Shown one piece after another: positions 8,508-20,780 of a stretch of 64,000 nucleotides of DNA. Position 1 is the first letter of the stretch, and each line of letters starts with the position of its first letter. A program made the translations under genes and the position numbers. Source of the stretch: an uncultured Pelagibacteraceae bacterium (GTDB taxonomy: Bacteria > Pseudomonadota > Alphaproteobacteria > Pelagibacterales > Pelagibacteraceae); NCBI GenBank assembly GCA_902582475.1, contig CACHSH010000001.1, positions 11,857 through 75,856 on the forward strand, written 5' to 3'. The notes beneath the pieces were generated by a model, which worked only from the letters and a program-made list of their open reading frames with translations, was not told where the DNA came from and searched no databases.

Positions 8508-11500
8508 AAAAATTTTAGTTATTGGCGCAGGGCCTATAGTGATTGGTCAAGCTTGCGAATTTGATTATTCTGGAACCCAGGCATGTAAAGCGCTTAAGGA
8601 CGAAGGCTATAAAGTAATTTTAATTAATTCTAATCCTGCAACAATAATGACTGATCCAGAGGTTGCTGATAAAACTTACATAGAGCCTATAACAACTGAA
8701 ATTGTTGAAAAAATTATAAAAAAAGAAAAACCTTGTGCAATTCTTCCGACTATGGGTGGGCAGACTGCTTTGAATACCGCAATCTCGATGGAGAAAAAAG
8801 GAATACTTAAAAAAAATAAGGTAGAGTTGATTGGTGCGAAAGCATCTGCAATATCAAGAGCAGAAGATAGAGCGCTTTTTAGAAAAGCAATGAAAGAAAT
8901 AAAGCTTGATTTACCTAGATCCGAAATTCTCAATTCAATTAAAAATTCAAAAAAAGTTTTTAAAAAAATTGGATTACCTGCAATTATAAGACCTTCGTTC
9001 ACTCTGGGTGGATCAGGTGGAGGAATAGCAAAAACTAAAAAAGAATTTTTTAATTTAATTAAATCTGGAATAGCAGAGTCACCTCAAAATCAAGTACTTG
9101 TAGAAGAGTCACTGGAAGGATGGAAAGAATTTGAAATGGAGGTAGTGAGAGATAAGAAAGATAATTGTATAATAATTTGTTCAATTGAAAATGTTGATCC
9201 GATGGGAACGCACACGGGAGACTCGGTTACAGTTGCTCCAGCTTTGACACTTACAGATAAAGAATTTCAGATAATGAGGAATGCTTCTATCGAGTGCTTA
9301 AGAAAAATTGGAGTAGAAACTGGTGGATCTAATGTTCAGTTTGCAATCAATCCTAAAGACGGAAGAATGGTAATAATTGAAATGAACCCTAGAGTTTCAA
9401 GATCTTCAGCATTAGCATCTAAAGCTACGGGATTTCCAATTGCAAAGGTTGCTGCTAAACTTGCTATTGGTTACACTCTCGATGAATTAACAAATGAGAT
9501 CACTGGTACAACTCCCGCATCTTTTGAGCCAACAATCGATTATGTTGTAACTAAAGTTCCAAGATTTACTTTTGAAAAGTTTAAGTCTGCTAAAGTAAAA
9601 CTTGGAACATCAATGAAATCTGTAGGTGAAGCAATGGCAATTGGAAGGAATTTTAAAGAATCTTTGCAAAAAGGCTTGGTGTCCTTAGAGATTGGATATA
9701 AAGGTTTAGATCCTATTAAAAATTTAAAAAATAAAGAACTAAGAAAAAAATTAAATCAGAATTTACCTGATAAACTTATTGTTGTCGCAGAAGCAATAAG
9801 AAGAAATATAAGTATTAAATATATTTATAAATCAACAAAGATCGACCCTTGGTTTCTTGAGCAGATATCTGATCTAATTAAAGTAGAAAAAAAATTAAAA
9901 AAGAATGGCATTCCAAAAACCTTCGAGGAATTTTCCTTGATAAAATCAATAGGATTTTCTGACGGTAAAATTGCAGAATTAACTAATAGCTCTATTAAAA
10001 AAATAGAAAAGAGAAGAAGGGAACTAAAAATTTTTCCAGTATTTAAAAAAATTGACACTTGTGCTGGGGAATTTAGGTCAGAAACACCTTACATGTATTC
10101 AACATATCAAAAGTTGTCTGGCAATTCTGCGAATTGTGAGTCAAACCCAACAAAAAAGGAAAAAATTATAATTTTAGGTGGTGGGCCAAATAGAATAGGT
10201 CAAGGTATTGAGTTTGATTATTGTTGTTGCCAAGCAAGTTTTGCTTTGAAAAAGAAAAAATATGAAACGATAATGATAAATTGTAATCCAGAAACTGTTT
10301 CTACTGATTATGATACCAGTGATAGATTATATTTTGAGCCTTTAATTGAAGAACATGTTTTAAATATTATTTACAAAGAAATGGAAAAAGGTAAAGTTCT
10401 TGGTGTAATAACTCAATTTGGCGGTCAAACACCAATTAAATTAGCTAGAACTTTAAATGATAATAAAATTCCTATTTTAGGTACTCAATTCGACTCTATT
10501 GATCTCGCAGAGGATAGGGAGAGATTCAAAAAAGTACTTATAAAAGAAAATCTTAAACAGGCAGAAAGTGGAATTGCTAAAAATAAAAAGAAGTCTTTTA
10601 AAATAGCAAATCAAATTGGTTTCCCAATTGTAATTAGGCCATCTTATGTTCTTGGCGGAAGGGGAATGGAAATAATCTATTCTCAGTCTGACCTTAAAAA
10701 ATATATTGATGAAGCAGTAAAAGTTTCAGGATCAAATCCTATTTTAATTGATAGATTTCTTAATGATGCAATAGAAGTTGATGTGGATGCTATATCGGAT
10801 GGAAAAAAAATATTTGTAGCAGGAATTATGGAACATATAGAAGAAGCGGGTATACATTCTGGTGACTCTGCTTGTTCATTGCCACCTTACACTTTAAGTA
10901 AAGAAATTATAAATAGAATTGAATTCCAAACTATGAAACTAGCAAAAGCTTTAAAGGTAGTTGGCTTATTAAACATTCAATTTGCTATAAAAGATAATGA
11001 AATTTATGTTCTTGAAGTAAATCCAAGAGCAAGTAGAACTGTTCCATTTGTTTCGAAAGCAACCGGTCTTTCTATAGCCAAGATAGCATCAAGAGTAATG
11101 GCTGGAGAAAAATTATCTAAATTTAACTTGAAAAGAAAAAATAAGAATACTTTTGCAGTGAAAGAAGCTGTTTTTCCCTTTAATAAATTTCCAGAAGTTG
11201 ATGTTTTATTAGGTCCAGAAATGAAATCAACTGGAGAGGCAATGGGTTTTGACGATAATTTTGGTTTATCTTTTGCCAAGAGTCAAATAGCAAGTAATAA
11301 TACTATTCCTCTAAAAGGAAATGCTTTTATTTCAGTTAAAGACTCAGATAAAGAAAAAATATTACCTAATGCAAAAAAATTAATTAAATTTGGTTTTTCT
11401 TTATTTGCTACATCCGGAACAGCGAGATATCTATTATCTAATGGTGTAAAATGTAAAAAAATAAATAAAGTAAACCAAGGATCACCTCATATCGTAGAAA

Positions 11501-11703
11501 AACTAAATAAAAAAAATATTTCTTTAGTAATAAATACAACTGAGGGAAAAGACTCTATTTCAGACTCATTTAGTTTAAGAAGAACAAGTCTAATAAATAA
11601 AATTCCTTACTTTACTACAATGCCAGCAGCAAATGCTTGTTTGGAGTCTATTGAGGCGCTAAAAAAATATCCAATTAAAGTAAGAGCTTTACAGGATAAT
11701 TAA
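8485..11703 (+). CDS. carB: carbamoyl-phosphate synthase large subunit
   Basis: [30 protein letters not shown] matches the E. coli CarB N-terminus almost residue for residue. Duplicated ATP-grasp halves, 1072 aa. Confidence 0.99.
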   Translation: MGKRKDIKKILVIGAGPIVIGQACEFDYSGTQACKALKDEGYKVILINSNPATIMTDPEVADKTYIEPITTEIVEKIIKKEKPCAILPTMGGQTALNTAISMEKKGILKKNKVELIGAKASAISRAEDRALFRKAMKEIKLDLPRSEILNSIKNSKKVFKKIGLPAIIRPSFTLGGSGGGIAKTKKEFFNLIKSGIAESPQNQVLVEESLEGWKEFEMEVVRDKKDNCIIICSIENVDPMGTHTGDSVTVAPALTLTDKEFQIMRNASIECLRKIGVETGGSNVQFAINPKDGRMVIIEMNPRVSRSSALASKATGFPIAKVAAKLAIGYTLDELTNEITGTTPASFEPTIDYVVTKVPRFTFEKFKSAKVKLGTSMKSVGEAMAIGRNFKESLQKGLVSLEIGYKGLDPIKNLKNKELRKKLNQNLPDKLIVVAEAIRRNISIKYIYKSTKIDPWFLEQISDLIKVEKKLKKNGIPKTFEEFSLIKSIGFSDGKIAELTNSSIKKIEKRRRELKIFPVFKKIDTCAGEFRSETPYMYSTYQKLSGNSANCESNPTKKEKIIILGGGPNRIGQGIEFDYCCCQASFALKKKKYETIMINCNPETVSTDYDTSDRLYFEPLIEEHVLNIIYKEMEKGKVLGVITQFGGQTPIKLARTLNDNKIPILGTQFDSIDLAEDRERFKKVLIKENLKQAESGIAKNKKKSFKIANQIGFPIVIRPSYVLGGRGMEIIYSQSDLKKYIDEAVKVSGSNPILIDRFLNDAIEVDVDAISDGKKIFVAGIMEHIEEAGIHSGDSACSLPPYTLSKEIINRIEFQTMKLAKALKVVGLLNIQFAIKDNEIYVLEVNPRASRTVPFVSKATGLSIAKIASRVMAGEKLSKFNLKRKNKNTFAVKEAVFPFNKFPEVDVLLGPEMKSTGEAMGFDDNFGLSFAKSQIASNNTIPLKGNAFISVKDSDKEKILPNAKKLIKFGFSLFATSGTARYLLSNGVKCKKINKVNQGSPHIVEKLNKKNISLVINTTEGKDSISDSFSLRRTSLINKIPYFTTMPAANACLESIEALKKYPIKVRALQDN

Positions 11704-11891
11704 ACACTGCAACTCATATCCTGACCACAGCATAGAGGAGATTTTATTTTTCCATGGTTGTTAGGACATTTAGATATTTGAACTTGCTTTCCATCTTCGA
11801 GTTTAAGGTTGTCATTAATTAAAGGAGTCTTGCATTTACCGCAAGTAGCGTTAACTGACATACCGCATTTGGAACATTCATATGTTGCCAT
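11700..11891 (-). CDS. small cysteine-rich predicted metal-binding protein (63 aa)
   Basis: [21 protein letters not shown]...[20 protein letters not shown] has 8 Cys + 1 His (CxxC-x7-CxxC, then C-x3-H, CC, C). A strong SD (AGGAGAG) lies just upstream of the ATG at 11891. The ORF-track start at 11918 lacks this SD. Confidence 0.6.
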   Translation of the reverse strand: MATYECSKCGMSVNATCGKCKTPLINDNLKLEDGKQVQISKCPNNHGKIKSPLCCGQDMSCSV

Positions 11892-11918
11892 ATTCTCTCC
11901 TAAATAAAGGATACACAA

Positions 11919-12587
11919 TTATTCTTTTACTTTCCAGTCAGTTTTAAATGATACGTAGTTTAATTGTACACAGCGTCTTTCTTGTTTTATCTCTTTTTTT
12001 TCCATCCCATGCCACGTGTTTGGTCCACTAGTAAAAAAATAGCCATAATTATTTTTATAAGGAACAGTTTTAACTTTATTTAGTTTTTCATCATATAAAT
12101 CTGTTCCCAAATTTTCTGACTCAATATTTGACGGATTTATAAATATCAATGAGGATAAAATTTTTTCTTTAATATCACAGTGCGGTTTAAGCCAAAATCC
12201 CTTTCTATCACAAATCACTTCGAGTCTTACAAAAGCATTTGATAAATCTTTTTTTATAAGTCCACTTATATATTGGTGAACATTTTTTGAGCAAAGTTCA
12301 TTAATAAATTTTGTTAATTCCGGGAATTTTGAAGAATTTTTTTTAGTAACAAAGCACCTATACTTATCAGCCTTCCCGCCAGCTTTAATTCCTTCTCTAT
12401 ATTTCCCTGTTCCACCGTCTATGGCTCTTGTTCCATCATACTCTAAGCCGTCGCTAATTGGGTTAGCGATTTCTGCGTTACACACTTCTGTGATTGCTGC
12501 GTCAGTAAATGGCTGATTGATGGCCCAATGTCTAAAGGGATCGTCGTAGGTTTCTAGCCTTGATTTTAAAGACTTAAATAATTCCAT
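11919..12587 (-). CDS. 2OG-Fe(II) oxygenase superfamily-like protein (Tpa1/prolyl-hydroxylase-like)
   Basis: N-terminal DPFRHWAINQPF resembles the PFPHxVIDNFL motif. Candidate HxD (KPHCD), distal His (NTWHG) and Arg (RRCVQLNY). Motif-level only. Confidence 0.5.
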   Translation of the reverse strand: MELFKSLKSRLETYDDPFRHWAINQPFTDAAITEVCNAEIANPISDGLEYDGTRAIDGGTGKYREGIKAGGKADKYRCFVTKKNSSKFPELTKFINELCSKNVHQYISGLIKKDLSNAFVRLEVICDRKGFWLKPHCDIKEKILSSLIFINPSNIESENLGTDLYDEKLNKVKTVPYKNNYGYFFTSGPNTWHGMEKKEIKQERRCVQLNYVSFKTDWKVKE

Positions 12588-13524
12588 CTGTTTTCATTTT
12601 TTGTCTTACTAATGATGCCGCTCTATTAACTTCATCTAATCCTTTGTAGGTCCAATGTTCAATTTTATCCTCTAAATTTCTTGTTATACCAAGATCATTA
12701 AACAATTTAAAAAATTTTTCAAATCTATAAATATTTTTTCTATTGTTCATTTGTACAACATATACTGGTTTTCCAGTTATTGCAGCTTCAGAAATCATTG
12801 ATGTAGAATCACAAGTCACAATTATAATACTCGCAAGTCCTAATGAAGATAAATAGGCCTTTTTGTCTCTTTCTTTAACTACCAAATGTTCTTGATTAAA
12901 ATAATTAAAAGCAAGTTTTATTATATTATCTGGTGTTCTATAAGATGGAATAACTATCAATTTATATTTAGGTGAAACGAACATGTTTTTTATTTTTGCA
13001 AACACCTTATCTATTTTTTTTTCCGAATAATCATAATACTGATTTGGTCCACCAATTATAAAAGTGATAATTTTTTTGTCTCCCTGGTTAGGTTTTAAAA
13101 AATTAATATTTTTTTTAATTTCATCATTTGTAAGATAATGTATCGCTCCTTTGGTTTTTATTACATTTTCACCATCCAAATTATCGTGCTCGGGGCAAAT
13201 AATGCTATCAAAGTTTGATGGTTTAACTTTTGGATCTTGAACATGAATAGTAAATATTTGTTTTTTAAATCTCTTTTTAAGGAATAAAGATGGAATGACG
13301 CTTTTCCTGCCACAAGAAATTACAATTTTTGAGTCACAAATAATCTTGTTTTTTAAAATAATATCTGAAATAGGGGTAAATTTTGGAGGTATAATGTTCC
13401 AAAATTTTTTTAATTCTATTGTTTCATGCCTAAATTTCAATCCCAGAGCATTTGCTAAACCCTCTGCTTGACTTATCATTCCATGCATGCCTTGAGTCAA
13501 AAGAAGTGCTTTTGGCTTTAACAT
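12574..13524 (-). CDS. ELM1/DUF1022-family protein (predicted glycosyltransferase-like)
   Basis: N-terminus ALLLTQGMHGMISQAEGLANALGL and overall length match bacterial 'mitochondrial fission ELM1' family members. Overlaps the downstream oxygenase-like gene by 14 nt. Confidence 0.55.
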   Translation of the reverse strand: MLKPKALLLTQGMHGMISQAEGLANALGLKFRHETIELKKFWNIIPPKFTPISDIILKNKIICDSKIVISCGRKSVIPSLFLKKRFKKQIFTIHVQDPKVKPSNFDSIICPEHDNLDGENVIKTKGAIHYLTNDEIKKNINFLKPNQGDKKIITFIIGGPNQYYDYSEKKIDKVFAKIKNMFVSPKYKLIVIPSYRTPDNIIKLAFNYFNQEHLVVKERDKKAYLSSLGLASIIIVTCDSTSMISEAAITGKPVYVVQMNNRKNIYRFEKFFKLFNDLGITRNLEDKIEHWTYKGLDEVNRAASLVRQKMKTDGII

Positions 13525-13622
13525 AAAATACTTTATATATTTCTATACAATATTTATCCACATATAAAAATAGAATGCCTTTTTATTTAAATAACAAACC
13601 TTTATACATATTCGATGGAAAT

Positions 13623-14654
13623 ATGCGTATTGAAGAAGATGTTAAATTGGATTATGCCGATGTTTTATTCCGGCCGAAAAGAAGCACTTTACATAGCCGT
13701 AAAGATGTTAAATTAGAACGAACCTATAAATTTAAATACAGCAATCACGAATGGTCTGGGATACCTTTGATAGCAGCCAATATGGATGGTGTTGGTGAAC
13801 TTCAGATAGCTGAAATATTAGCATCTAATAAGATTATGACCTGTTTGACCAAACAACATGACACTAAAATTATTAAAAAATTTAAATCAATAAATAAAAT
13901 ATTTTCTCATGTTATCTTAAGTACTGGTACTAGTGATGATGATTACGAAAGACTTAATAATATTTTAAAAGAAAATAGTTTTTTTGAGTTTATATGTATT
14001 GATATTGCGAATGGATATTCTGACCACTTCAGTAAATTTGTAAGCTCGGTGAGAAAAAAATATCCAACCAAAACTATTATTGCGGGAAACGTAGTAACTG
14101 CAGATATGACGCAAGAATTAATACTTGCCGGAGCAGACATTGTAAAAGTTGGAATTGGTCCAGGAAGTGTGTGCACTACACGGATTCAAACTGGTGTTGG
14201 CTATCCACAATTAAGTGCGGTTATAGAATGCGCCGACGCCGCTCATGGGTTAGGGGCCCACATAATAGCTGATGGTGGTTGTACTTGTCCTGGAGATGTA
14301 GCAAAGGCATTTGGTGGGGGCGCTGATTTTGTAATGCTTGGTGGAATGTTTGCTGGCCATGATGAAGGTGGCGGAAAAATAATAAAAAAAAACGGATCTA
14401 AAGTTATTGAATTTTACGGCTCAAGTTCAGAAACCGCACTAAATAAACATTATGGTGGTCATGCTGATTATAGAAGTAGTGAAGGAAAAAAAGTTCAACT
14501 AAAATATAGAGGAAAGATTAAGGATACTGTTTTAAATATTTTGGGTGGATTGAGAAGTAGTTGCACTTATGTTGGTGCCCCATCTTTAAAGCAATTAAGT
14601 AAATGCACGACATTTGTAAGAGTAAATCAACAATACAATGACACTTTTGAGTAA
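13623..14654 (+). CDS. guaC: GMP reductase
   Basis: [23 protein letters not shown] matches the E. coli GuaC N-terminus. Active-site [11 protein letters not shown]. The ORF is open from 13575, but the homologous start is the ATG at 13623. Confidence 0.93.
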   Translation: MRIEEDVKLDYADVLFRPKRSTLHSRKDVKLERTYKFKYSNHEWSGIPLIAANMDGVGELQIAEILASNKIMTCLTKQHDTKIIKKFKSINKIFSHVILSTGTSDDDYERLNNILKENSFFEFICIDIANGYSDHFSKFVSSVRKKYPTKTIIAGNVVTADMTQELILAGADIVKVGIGPGSVCTTRIQTGVGYPQLSAVIECADAAHGLGAHIIADGGCTCPGDVAKAFGGGADFVMLGGMFAGHDEGGGKIIKKNGSKVIEFYGSSSETALNKHYGGHADYRSSEGKKVQLKYRGKIKDTVLNILGGLRSSCTYVGAPSLKQLSKCTTFVRVNQQYNDTFE

Positions 14655-14702
14655 ATTTACCAGCTTTAATTTTTTTCAAAAGTAACTATATAATTTATAA
14701 TA

Positions 14703-15638
14703 ATGTCTAAACATTCAAAAGTTTTAATATTAGGATCGGGACCAGCTGGATATACAGCGGCAATTTATGCTGCAAGGGCTATGTTAAAGCCGATACTTGT
14801 TTTTGGTTCAGAGCCTGGTGGCCAATTAACCACCACAACTGATGTAGAAAATTTTCCTGGATATTCTAAAGTTATACAAGGACCATGGTTAATGGAAGAA
14901 ATGAAAGGTCAAGCAAAGGCTGTTGGCACAGAAATGATACAAGATCATATCAAAAAAGTTGATTTATCAAAAAAACCCTTTGAAGCAGTTGGGGATAGCG
15001 GGCAAGTGTATACAGCTGACAGTTTTATTATTTCAACAGGCGCTCAAGCTAGGTGGTTAAATTTAAAATCGGAACAAGAATTTAGAGGATTTGGTGTTTC
15101 GGCATGTGCAACATGCGATGGTTTCTTTTTTAAAGAAAAAGAAGTTGCTGTTGTTGGAGGTGGAAATGCTGCTGTAGAAGAAGCAATGTTTTTAACAAAG
15201 TTTGCCTCAAAAGTTAAACTAATCCATAGAAGAAATGAATTAAGGGCAGAAAAAATGCTTCAAGCAAAATTAAAAGCAAATAAAAAAATTGAGATTATCT
15301 GGGATAGCGTTGTTGAGGATGTTATCGGAGACACTAATCCAAAATCAGTCAAAGCTATTAAAATTAAAAATGTGAAAACTAATAAAACTAGCGAATTAAA
15401 AGTTAATGGACTTTTTATAGCAATAGGCCATGACCCAGCTACTTCGCTTTTCAAGGGTCAATTAAATATGGATAAAGAGGGATATATTGTAACCAATCCC
15501 GACTCTACAATAACTAATGTGCCAGGAGTTTTTGCAGCTGGCGATGTTAAAGATAAAATATTCAGGCAGGCAGTTACAGCGGCTGGAATGGGTTGTATGG
15601 CTGCACTTGAGGCTGAAAAACATTTGTCTTCAAAATGA
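14703..15638 (+). CDS. trxB: thioredoxin-disulfide reductase
   Basis: GSGPAGYTAAIYAAR, redox-active CATCDG, GGGNAAVEEA NADPH site, GVFAAGDV. Confidence 0.97.
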   Translation: MSKHSKVLILGSGPAGYTAAIYAARAMLKPILVFGSEPGGQLTTTTDVENFPGYSKVIQGPWLMEEMKGQAKAVGTEMIQDHIKKVDLSKKPFEAVGDSGQVYTADSFIISTGAQARWLNLKSEQEFRGFGVSACATCDGFFFKEKEVAVVGGGNAAVEEAMFLTKFASKVKLIHRRNELRAEKMLQAKLKANKKIEIIWDSVVEDVIGDTNPKSVKAIKIKNVKTNKTSELKVNGLFIAIGHDPATSLFKGQLNMDKEGYIVTNPDSTITNVPGVFAAGDVKDKIFRQAVTAAGMGCMAALEAEKHLSSK

Positions 15639-16657
15639 GTGGAAAAATATTACTTACAGGCATAAGTGGATGGATTGCAAAACACACTGCTATAGAATTA
15701 TTAAATTCTGGTTACGAAGTTTTAGGAACAGTAAGAAATAAAAATTTAATTGAACAAACAAAAGAAACTATAAGCAAATATGCTTCGACTGATAAATTAT
15801 CATTTGTTGAATTAGATCTTGTTAAAGATGACGGATGGGATGAATCAGCAAAGGGATGTAAATATATATTTCACATTGCCTCACCTTTTCCTATGAAAGT
15901 TTCAAGAAATAGAGAAAGTTTATTACCTCCTGCTGTTGATGGAACTTTAAGAGTTTTAAAAGCTGGAGTGAATGCAGGTGTAGAACAAATAATTAAAACT
16001 TCTTCAATCGTTGCAATGTTTAGAAAGCCAAACAGAAGCAATCCTTACACATTTGGAGAAAATGATTGGACTGATGAAAATTGGGTAGAGGGTGTGAATG
16101 ACTATTTCTTGTCAAAAACAAAAGCAGAAAGATTAGCTTGGGAGTTTATGGAAAGCAAAGGATTAAGAAATAAATTAACTTGTATTTGTCCGGGTGGAGT
16201 TTTTGGAGATGCTTTAGATAAAAAGGGAGGTACATCAATAGAATATGTTAGACAATTTATGGCAGGTAAATTTCCAGGTGCGCCTAAATTTGCAGTTTTA
16301 ATTTCTGATGTGAAAGATATAGCAAAAGCACATGTTGCTTGTATTGGAAATAATAAAGTCGGCGGAAGGAGATTAATTGTTGGAAAAGAAGTAAAAAAAC
16401 TAGTGGAATTATCTCAAATAATGGCTGAAGCAATGCCTGAGTATGCAAAAAAACTTCCCAAAAAAGAACTTCCAAATTTCATGGTAAAATTAATAAGCTA
16501 TATAGACTCAAGCGCTAAAATGATGATACCCGATCTTGGAATTTTAATGCAAACCGATACTGCTTATGCAGAAGAATTATTAGGTTTTAAATTTAAACCT
16601 GCAAAAGATTGTATGATTGAGAATGCTAAATCAGTCGTAAGATTAGGACTAGTTTAA
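15635..16657 (+). CDS. NAD(P)-dependent extended SDR (epimerase/dehydratase or aldehyde/flavonol reductase-like)
   Basis: LTGISGWIAKHTAIELL Rossmann motif, YxxxK (YFLSKTKAE). ATGA overlap with the trxB stop. Confidence 0.75.
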   Translation: MSGKILLTGISGWIAKHTAIELLNSGYEVLGTVRNKNLIEQTKETISKYASTDKLSFVELDLVKDDGWDESAKGCKYIFHIASPFPMKVSRNRESLLPPAVDGTLRVLKAGVNAGVEQIIKTSSIVAMFRKPNRSNPYTFGENDWTDENWVEGVNDYFLSKTKAERLAWEFMESKGLRNKLTCICPGGVFGDALDKKGGTSIEYVRQFMAGKFPGAPKFAVLISDVKDIAKAHVACIGNNKVGGRRLIVGKEVKKLVELSQIMAEAMPEYAKKLPKKELPNFMVKLISYIDSSAKMMIPDLGILMQTDTAYAEELLGFKFKPAKDCMIENAKSVVRLGLV

Positions 16658-17836
16658 ACTTTCACAAAACGATTTTATTCTATCTAAAGCTTTTTTAAGA
16701 TTTTCCATGGAGGTAGCATAAGAAATTCTGAAATATCCATCTAAACCAAATGCAGATCCCTGAACTACAGCTACTTCCGCTTTTTCAAGTAATTTTTCTA
16801 CAAATTCTTTATCTGTTTTTAATTTTGTCTTTTTACCTAACAACTTTTTGCAATTTGGGAAAACATAAAAAGCTCCACTTGGTTTCAAACAACTTAAGCC
16901 ATTAATACTATTTAAAGTTTCAACAACATAATCCCTCCTCTCCTTAAAGGAGTCAGATCTTGTTTTTATGAAATCTTGAGTTCCATTCAAAGCTTCTACA
17001 GCTGCTGCCTGACTAATCGAAGATGGATTTGTTGTAGATTGAGATTGAATTTTTGCTACAGCTTTAATTATGTCTTTCGGACCAGCTCCATACCCTATTC
17101 TCCATCCAGTCATAGAGTAAGACTTACTTACACCGTTCATTGTTAATGTTCTGTCTTTTAAAGCTTTAATTTGGGCAATAGTGAAAAATTTAAAATCATC
17201 ATACGTAATATGCTCATAGATATCGTCACTAAGTATATAAACATTTTTATTTTTTATTAATATTTTTGATAATTCTTCTATCTCACTTCTTGTGTAACAA
17301 GATCCGGTTGGATTAGACGGTGAGTTTATAATTAACCATTTAGTTTTTTTTCCAATAGCTTTTTTTAATTCATCTGGTGTTATTTTGAATTCATTTTTTT
17401 CTGAGCACTTTACTATTTTGGGTTTACCGCCAGCTAATAAAACCATATCAGGATAAGATACCCAATAAGGTGCTGGGATAATGACTTCGTCTCCTGGATT
17501 CAGGGTTGCCATAAAAACGTTATATAAAACTTGTTTTCCTCCCGTACCAACTGAAATTTGATCTAATTCGTAAGACAAATTATTTTCTCTTGTAAATTTC
17601 CCTTGGATCGCCTTTTTAAGTTTTGGTGTACCATCCACAGCTGTATACTTTGTTTCTCCTCTTTTAATTGCTTCGATAGCAGCATCTTTAATGTTATCTG
17701 GAGTGTCAAAATCAGGTTCTCCAGCTCCTAGGCCAATAACATCTTTGCCAGCTGCCCTCATTTCTCTAGCTTTTGAGGTAACAGCGATGGTTGGTGATGG
17801 TTTAATTCTCTTTAAATTATTGGAAACTATGCTCAT
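16649..17836 (-). CDS. aspartate/aromatic aminotransferase, class I PLP enzyme
   Basis: IKPSPTIAV..KAREM...G.DVIGLGAGEPDFDTP, NPSNPTG, SKSYSMTGWRIGY (PLP lysine). Confidence 0.92.
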   Translation of the reverse strand: MSIVSNNLKRIKPSPTIAVTSKAREMRAAGKDVIGLGAGEPDFDTPDNIKDAAIEAIKRGETKYTAVDGTPKLKKAIQGKFTRENNLSYELDQISVGTGGKQVLYNVFMATLNPGDEVIIPAPYWVSYPDMVLLAGGKPKIVKCSEKNEFKITPDELKKAIGKKTKWLIINSPSNPTGSCYTRSEIEELSKILIKNKNVYILSDDIYEHITYDDFKFFTIAQIKALKDRTLTMNGVSKSYSMTGWRIGYGAGPKDIIKAVAKIQSQSTTNPSSISQAAAVEALNGTQDFIKTRSDSFKERRDYVVETLNSINGLSCLKPSGAFYVFPNCKKLLGKKTKLKTDKEFVEKLLEKAEVAVVQGSAFGLDGYFRISYATSMENLKKALDRIKSFCESLN

Positions 17837-17849
17837 TGAAATTTATAAT
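17821..17849 (+). promoter_or_regulatory. candidate promoter for uvrB
   Basis: Perfect -10 TATAAT (17844-17849) with TGGAAA (17821-17826) 17 nt upstream. The -35 lies inside the aminotransferase coding region. Confidence 0.3.
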
Positions 17850-17871
17850 ATTTTGTTATTATTAACACAAA

Positions 17872-20043
17872 ATGCAAAATACATACCAAGAAAAAATAGA
17901 TAATTTAGAGGCTAATAACGCTCCTGTTAGGAAAAAACTGGAGGGAGGAATTAAGTTTAAAATAAAAAGTAATTTTCAACCTGCCGGGGATCAACCTGAG
18001 GCAATTAAAAAGATACTTAAGAATTTAAAAGATAAACAAAGTGAACAGGTTCTACTGGGTGTAACTGGGTCGGGGAAAACCTTTACTATGGCCAAAGTTA
18101 TAGAGTCTTCAAATCGGCCTGCTTTGGTTTTAGCACCAAATAAAACTTTAGCTGCACAATTGTACGGTGAAATGAAAAGTTTTTTCCCAAACAATGCTGT
18201 TGAGTATTTTGTTTCCTATTATGATTATTATACTCCTGAAGCATATGTTCCTAGATCAGATACTTATATAGAAAAAGAAGCTTCTATAAATGAACAGATA
18301 GATAGGATGAGACATTCAGCAACAAGATCTTTGCTTGAACGTGATGATGTAATTATTGTGGCTAGTGTTTCTTGTATTTATGGACTTGGTTCGGTTGAGG
18401 CTTATAGCAAGATGACATTAGCATTAAAAAAGAATTATGAATATGAAAGAGACGAAATTATTAAGACATTTGTTAATTTACAATATAAGAGAAATGATCA
18501 AAATTTTTTCCGAGGTACTTTTAGAGTTAGAGGAGAAAATTTAGAGATATTCCCTTCACATTTAGAAGATAGAGCTTGGAGATTAAGTTTAAATGGAAAC
18601 AAACTTGAAAAAATAGAAGAATTTGATCCTCTTACAGGAGATAAAACAAATAATTTTGCAGTAATAAAATTATACGCTAACAGCCATTATATAACTCCAA
18701 AACCAACTATTGATCAAGCTATCAAAAAAATTAAAGAAGAATTAGAAGTAACTTTAGAAGATCATAAGGCAAACAATAAACTTTTAGAGGCACAAAGATT
18801 AAGAGAAAGAACTAAGTTTGATCTTGAAATGATTGAGGCAACAGGAACATGTGCTGGAATTGAAAATTATTCGAGATTTTTATCTGGTAGAAATAAAGGG
18901 GAACCCCCACCTACTCTTTTTGAATATTTTCCTGACAATACTATTATATTTGTAGACGAAAGCCACGTAACAGTTCCTCAGTTAAATGGCATGTATAAAG
19001 GTGATCACACTAGAAAGAAAACTCTTGCTGAATATGGTTTTAGATTACCTTCTTGTATGGACAATAGACCCTTAAAGTTTGAAGAGTGGGATGCTATGAG
19101 AACTCAAACTGTTTTTGTATCCGCAACCCCTGGTCCTTGGGAACTAAAACAAACTCAAAATAAATATATTGATCAAGTTATAAGGCCAACAGGTTTAATT
19201 GATCCACCTGTTGAGATAAGACCAGCAAAAACTCAGGTGGATGATTTATTCGATGAGTCTAAAAAGGTTATTGATAAAGGATATAGAATTTTAGTCACGA
19301 CTCTTACGAAAAAAATGGCAGAAGATTTAACAGAATATCTTCACGAAAATGGTTTGAAAGTAAGGTATATGCACTCAGACATAGATACACTTGAGAGAAT
19401 TGAAATCATCAGAGATTTACGAATGGGTGTTTTTGATATTTTGGTTGGTATCAATCTATTAAGAGAAGGATTAGATATACCAGAATGTGCTTTAGTTGCA
19501 ATTTTGGATGCAGATAAGGAGGGTTTTTTAAGATCAGAAACTTCATTAATTCAAACTATTGGTAGAGCTGCGAGAAATGTAGATGGCAAAGTAATTCTTT
19601 ATGCAGATAAAGTAACAAAAAGTATTGATAAAGCTATTAAAGAGACAGATAGGAGAAGAGGCAGACAGGTAGAATATAATAAAAAAAATAATATAAGTGC
19701 AGAGTCAGTTAAGAAGGAGATTACTGATATTTTAGAGTCTGTTTATGAAAAAGATTATGTAAAAATAAGTGAAGGCTCAAATGTTGGCGGAAACCTGAAA
19801 AAACATTTAAAAGCACTTAATAAAAAAATGAAAGAATCTGCATCAAATTTAGAGTTTGAAGAAGCAGCTAAAATTAGAGACGAAATAAGAAAATTGGAGG
19901 CAAATGAGCTTGAGATTAACTTGAATCCAAAAATTTCACAGTACAATTTAAACAAAAAGGTATACCCTCAAGGCAGATCAAAAATGGGAATGCCAGGCAC
20001 TAAACCAAAAAAATCTATAAAAAAATGGAAGCCAAAAAAATAA
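17872..20043 (+). CDS. uvrB: excinuclease ABC subunit B
   Basis: GDQPEAI, Walker [11 protein letters not shown], helicase motifs ([26 protein letters not shown]), C-terminal UVR domain ([13 protein letters not shown]). Confidence 0.98.
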   Translation: MQNTYQEKIDNLEANNAPVRKKLEGGIKFKIKSNFQPAGDQPEAIKKILKNLKDKQSEQVLLGVTGSGKTFTMAKVIESSNRPALVLAPNKTLAAQLYGEMKSFFPNNAVEYFVSYYDYYTPEAYVPRSDTYIEKEASINEQIDRMRHSATRSLLERDDVIIVASVSCIYGLGSVEAYSKMTLALKKNYEYERDEIIKTFVNLQYKRNDQNFFRGTFRVRGENLEIFPSHLEDRAWRLSLNGNKLEKIEEFDPLTGDKTNNFAVIKLYANSHYITPKPTIDQAIKKIKEELEVTLEDHKANNKLLEAQRLRERTKFDLEMIEATGTCAGIENYSRFLSGRNKGEPPPTLFEYFPDNTIIFVDESHVTVPQLNGMYKGDHTRKKTLAEYGFRLPSCMDNRPLKFEEWDAMRTQTVFVSATPGPWELKQTQNKYIDQVIRPTGLIDPPVEIRPAKTQVDDLFDESKKVIDKGYRILVTTLTKKMAEDLTEYLHENGLKVRYMHSDIDTLERIEIIRDLRMGVFDILVGINLLREGLDIPECALVAILDADKEGFLRSETSLIQTIGRAARNVDGKVILYADKVTKSIDKAIKETDRRRGRQVEYNKKNNISAESVKKEITDILESVYEKDYVKISEGSNVGGNLKKHLKALNKKMKESASNLEFEEAAKIRDEIRKLEANELEINLNPKISQYNLNKKVYPQGRSKMGMPGTKPKKSIKKWKPKK

Positions 20044-20780
20044 TTATAACTGGTGGCGCTACTAGAATTGGTTCGGCTATAGCAAAAAGTTTAGCTGGTT
20101 ACGATGTTGATATAATAATTCATTTTAATAAATCAAAAAAATCGGCACAACAATTAAAGACAGAATTGGAAGACATGGGTAGTAAAGTTCATTTAATTAA
20201 GGCAGACCTAGGTAACATCAATCATGTTAAAAAAATAATGCCGTTTGCTAATAAAAAAATGAAAGGTCTAGACTGTCTAATTAACAATGCATCTTTATTT
20301 GAAAAAGATGATTTAGAAAATTTTAGTGATAAAAGTTTTTCAAAACACCTAGATATAAATTTAAAAGCTCCAGCATTTTTAATTAAAGATTTTAAAAGAT
20401 ATGTGAAAAATAAAGATGCAAACGTTATAAATATTATTGATCAAAGGATAAAAAAACTTACTCCTTTCTTTTTTTCATATACTTTGAGTAAAGCTGCACT
20501 TGCAACACTTACAACCACTGCTGCTATGAAACTTGCACCAAATATAAGAGTGAATGGAATTTCGCCAGGTCCAACTTTAAAAAACAAGAGACAATCAGAA
20601 AAACATTTTAAAGCTCAATGGCAATCTACAATTCTTAAAAAACAAGTTGATTTAAATAATATATGTGCATCTGTAAAATATTTAATTGAAAATAATAGTA
20701 TTACAGGTCAAATAATTAGTGTAGATAGCGGTCAAAGTTTAGCGTGGAAAACACCTGATATAATTAATTCAAAAGAATGA
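20025..20780 (+). CDS. short-chain dehydrogenase/reductase, possibly pteridine/dihydrofolate reductase FolM-like
   Basis: [24 protein letters not shown]. Sits immediately upstream of folB with an ATGA overlap, which is the basis for the pterin guess. Confidence 0.6.
   Translation: MEAKKIIITGGATRIGSAIAKSLAGYDVDIIIHFNKSKKSAQQLKTELEDMGSKVHLIKADLGNINHVKKIMPFANKKMKGLDCLINNASLFEKDDLENFSDKSFSKHLDINLKAPAFLIKDFKRYVKNKDANVINIIDQRIKKLTPFFFSYTLSKAALATLTTTAAMKLAPNIRVNGISPGPTLKNKRQSEKHFKAQWQSTILKKQVDLNNICASVKYLIENNSITGQIISVDSGQSLAWKTPDIINSKE

Noticed and set aside
13575-13622. 16-codon N-terminal extension of guaC ([16 protein letters not shown])
   Set aside because: E. coli GuaC begins exactly at the homologous MRIEED.., so the ATG at 13623 is the more likely start. 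The extension has no homology support.
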